Source: Eledone cirrhosa
Taxonomy: Eukaryota
Assembly: GCA_964016885.1 (NCBI GenBank)
Contig: OZ024740.1
Span: forward strand, 55,490,001-55,554,000
Direction: 5' to 3'
DNA length: 64,000 bases
In this document: in pieces, positions 61,550 to 64,000 of the stretch
Layout: every line of letters begins with the position of its first letter
Position numbering within the stretch: position 1 is the first letter of the stretch
The notes under the pieces: model-generated
What the model saw: the letters and a program-made list of their open reading frames with translations, nothing else
What the model was told of the DNA's origin: nothing
The model's database searches: none
Position numbers and translations under genes: made by a program

Positions 61550-61578
<29 letters not shown>
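61550..61578. repeat. (TTA)n run, right border of the retroelement stack
   Basis: Directly visible. Confidence 0.95.
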
Positions 61579-63092
61579 ACCTTTAATCAAATAATAATAA
61601 CAACAACACAACTTTTAAAGAAATTGTTTTGTACTCGTACTGTAAATGCTAAGTTGGCTTCGATTTGGGTTTGTCTTGGTGCTTAATTATTCTTCTTATG
61701 CCATTATATTCCCTTGGTAAAGTAATTATAAACGAACTAGCATGCCATTTCGTCTTTTAAACTAGGCGACGTATGCCTAATGAAACGATGCTAATTGCAA
61801 TCATAATGATCAACTGGTTGAGCAGCATGCTTAGCATGGATGTTCCTGTGTTCGATCCCATAGCATGGCATCTTGTGCAATTTTCATTTATTATATCATT
61901 CAATTGACAGGCGAAAAATATTTCGAAATCCGTCGCCTAGACTGTACCAGTAATTCAAAAGTATTTTCTTAACACACTGTTTCAAGCTGATTCCACATTA
62001 GAATTATGTTTAGTATACAACTATCTGTGCGCTGGGCCACTTCGCATTATCAAGAAGAGTACTGGTTGACGTATAATTACTGAATTGAATAACGTGCCAC
62101 ACTTTAACCGTGAGGCAGACCGAATCAGTCTAGACCATACTTGTCCAAGGGTATCTCGATCTTCCGGAAACAGTTTTCACTCTCTTTCCTTCTTTAGGAG
62201 AAATTAGCTGTGTTCAGGTCCGGCGAGTGAAGGATGTTCAGGCTTTTAACATGACCAAGACGCGTTGAGCGTCAACATATCACCCCTACCACTCCATCTG
62301 AAGCTAAGGTACTTTTTCTTTGTTTGAATTACTACACAAGGTGCGCAGTTTACACATGGAAGGTAAACACTCGGTGTGACATGAGCTCTAAAACGATATA
62401 AATTCTCGGCTGAGATACTTTTCTTTTGGTGTACAAACGGTATCATGTCGAAGTCAATATATTCGATAGAATTATTTATACTATGCCAATCTTACTTCTA
62501 TTTAGACAGGAGTCTATAATCAACTCTTAGGAAATGACCTAATAACACATTAATGATTACGGTACGTTTCATTTTTCATTTAAAATATTTCACCGAATTA
62601 TATTCCTTTTGGAAGTTTGTGAATATATCAAGTGTAAAGAATTCTTAATTGTGCTGAAATTTCTACAAAATTAATCACAACTCTTAAATTCTGAAATTAA
62701 TTAACACACCGAATCTACTAACTTAATGAATGAAATTATTTTTGTTTCTACCAACATACAGGAGCTCGATTAAATCCTAATTTGTGGTGGCAATTCTAAA
62801 TCTATTGGCTTATTTGTCATGCAGGCAGATACAAATTACTTTAACATACACCATTTATGTCAGCAAGTAGAGTGATTAACATTCGGTAGCATGAATATTG
62901 ATTTCTTTTATTTAGAAACAAATCTGAATTTTCCCAGAGTGAATGTACACATAATTGAATCGAAACCAGCACATTTCTGTTGTGGGTTCTAATTGACCAC
63001 GTGGAATTGGAAGGTGAAGTTAACCTGAGCTGGATTTGAACACAGAACCTATGTTATTATTTTATGTACTATACGAAATTTGGTTTTAACCT

Positions 63093-63102
63093 GTCTTCTT
63101 CT

Positions 63103-63135
<33 letters not shown>

Positions 63136-63158
63136 ACTTCTTCTTCTACTTCTTCTTC

Positions 63159-63190
<32 letters not shown>

Positions 63191-63330
63191 CTTCTTCTTC
63201 TTCTTCTTCTTCTTCTTCTTCTTCTCCTCCTCCTCCTCCTCCTCCTCCTCCCCTCCTCCTCATCCCCCTCCTCATCCTCCTCCTCCTTCTTCTTCTTCTT
63301 CTTCTTCTTCTTCTTCTTCTTCTTCTTCTC
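63093..63330. repeat. (TCT)n/(CCT)n polypyrimidine microsatellite
   Basis: Directly visible; source of the poly-S, poly-E and poly-L ORFs. Confidence 0.95.
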
Positions 63331-64000
63331 AGCAAATGTCTGATTAAGAATTAGGATATATGTATGTATGCGCGCGTGTATATATGTAAATAATTACCGT
63401 TCATATAAATATTTTTATACATACAGCCACGTTAGCAAAGCATTATAACATGTTTTCCCAGGAACTACTGCATAAAGATACGCTTGTATTCGTACCCTTT
63501 AACATCTCAGTAGCCCCAACCGTGAATGCATCATTGGCATTTACAGCACAGGCTGTTATAACCAAGAATTGGTTAAATATTTTATTGCAATTTGTAAAGA
63601 CTGACGTCAGCAGTTAAAGATTTTCGAAGGGTCAACTGTTAGTTCATTAAGCAACACCAAAATACCTTACACACTGCAGAAAAAATAAATGAAGCGACTC
63701 CATTCATAAAACTTCGTTTGATCATTATTTCTCTGCATATGTGTATGTCATTCACTGTTATATAACAATAAACGTTATATACATACTACATATACATATG
63801 TATAGGTTCGAGTTATATATCACAGTTCTAATCCACAGGTATCTCTCCAGAACTGCTATAACCCAGCAGTGGGTATGAAATTTCAATCTCTTGAACTCGT
63901 ATTTAAGCACAGTTTGTATCCCAGTAGGCAATAACATATTTTCTGGATATCCTAACTTTTCTCCAGATTGATTTTGCCGCACTAACGTACCTACCATATT

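Noticed and set aside
62180-62315. Possible exon after CTCTTTCCTTCTTTAG
   Set aside because: Stops in the reading frames and a weak donor.
63064-63354. Poly-S, poly-E/R and poly-L ORFs
   Set aside because: Trinucleotide microsatellite translations.
63758-63997. 79-aa ORF faintly resembling a transposase fragment
   Set aside because: Too short, at the window edge, and no catalytic motif visible.

Overview
Eukaryotic, AT- and microsatellite-rich animal DNA; the SINE families and repeat landscape suggest a cephalopod such as Octopus (inference). No host protein-coding gene can be supported. Bases 1-20 kb hold (TA)n/(CA)n microsatellites, tRNA-derived SINEs, a small non-coding Penelope-type element with minimal hammerhead ribozymes (1.9-2.8 kb) and a near-intact Penelope-like element (RT + C-terminal GIY-YIG, ~1.05 kb pseudo-LTRs each with a hammerhead; 7.7-12.6 kb). 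They also hold a decayed CRE-like RT and a non-autonomous Helitron with a ~200 bp palindrome. From 20.3 to 61.6 kb lies a ~41 kb uninterrupted stack of 13 retroelement insertions, nearly all separated only by short (AAT)n/(TTA)n runs: nine L1/Tx1-clade LINE copies of several subfamilies, three R4/Dong-like LINE copies and one SINE fragment. Each clade keeps a fixed orientation relative to the repeat, and the polarity of the whole array flips at ~51.07 kb. The Tx1-like copies show swapped 5'UTR/ORF1 modules, tetraloop hairpins in the 5'UTR, and a frame-independent consensus splice donor (G|GTAAGT) ~40 nt upstream of ORF2. In family A a candidate acceptor in the 3'UTR suggests ORF2 could be spliced out as an intron. 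All coordinates and identities were read by eye, without alignment tools.
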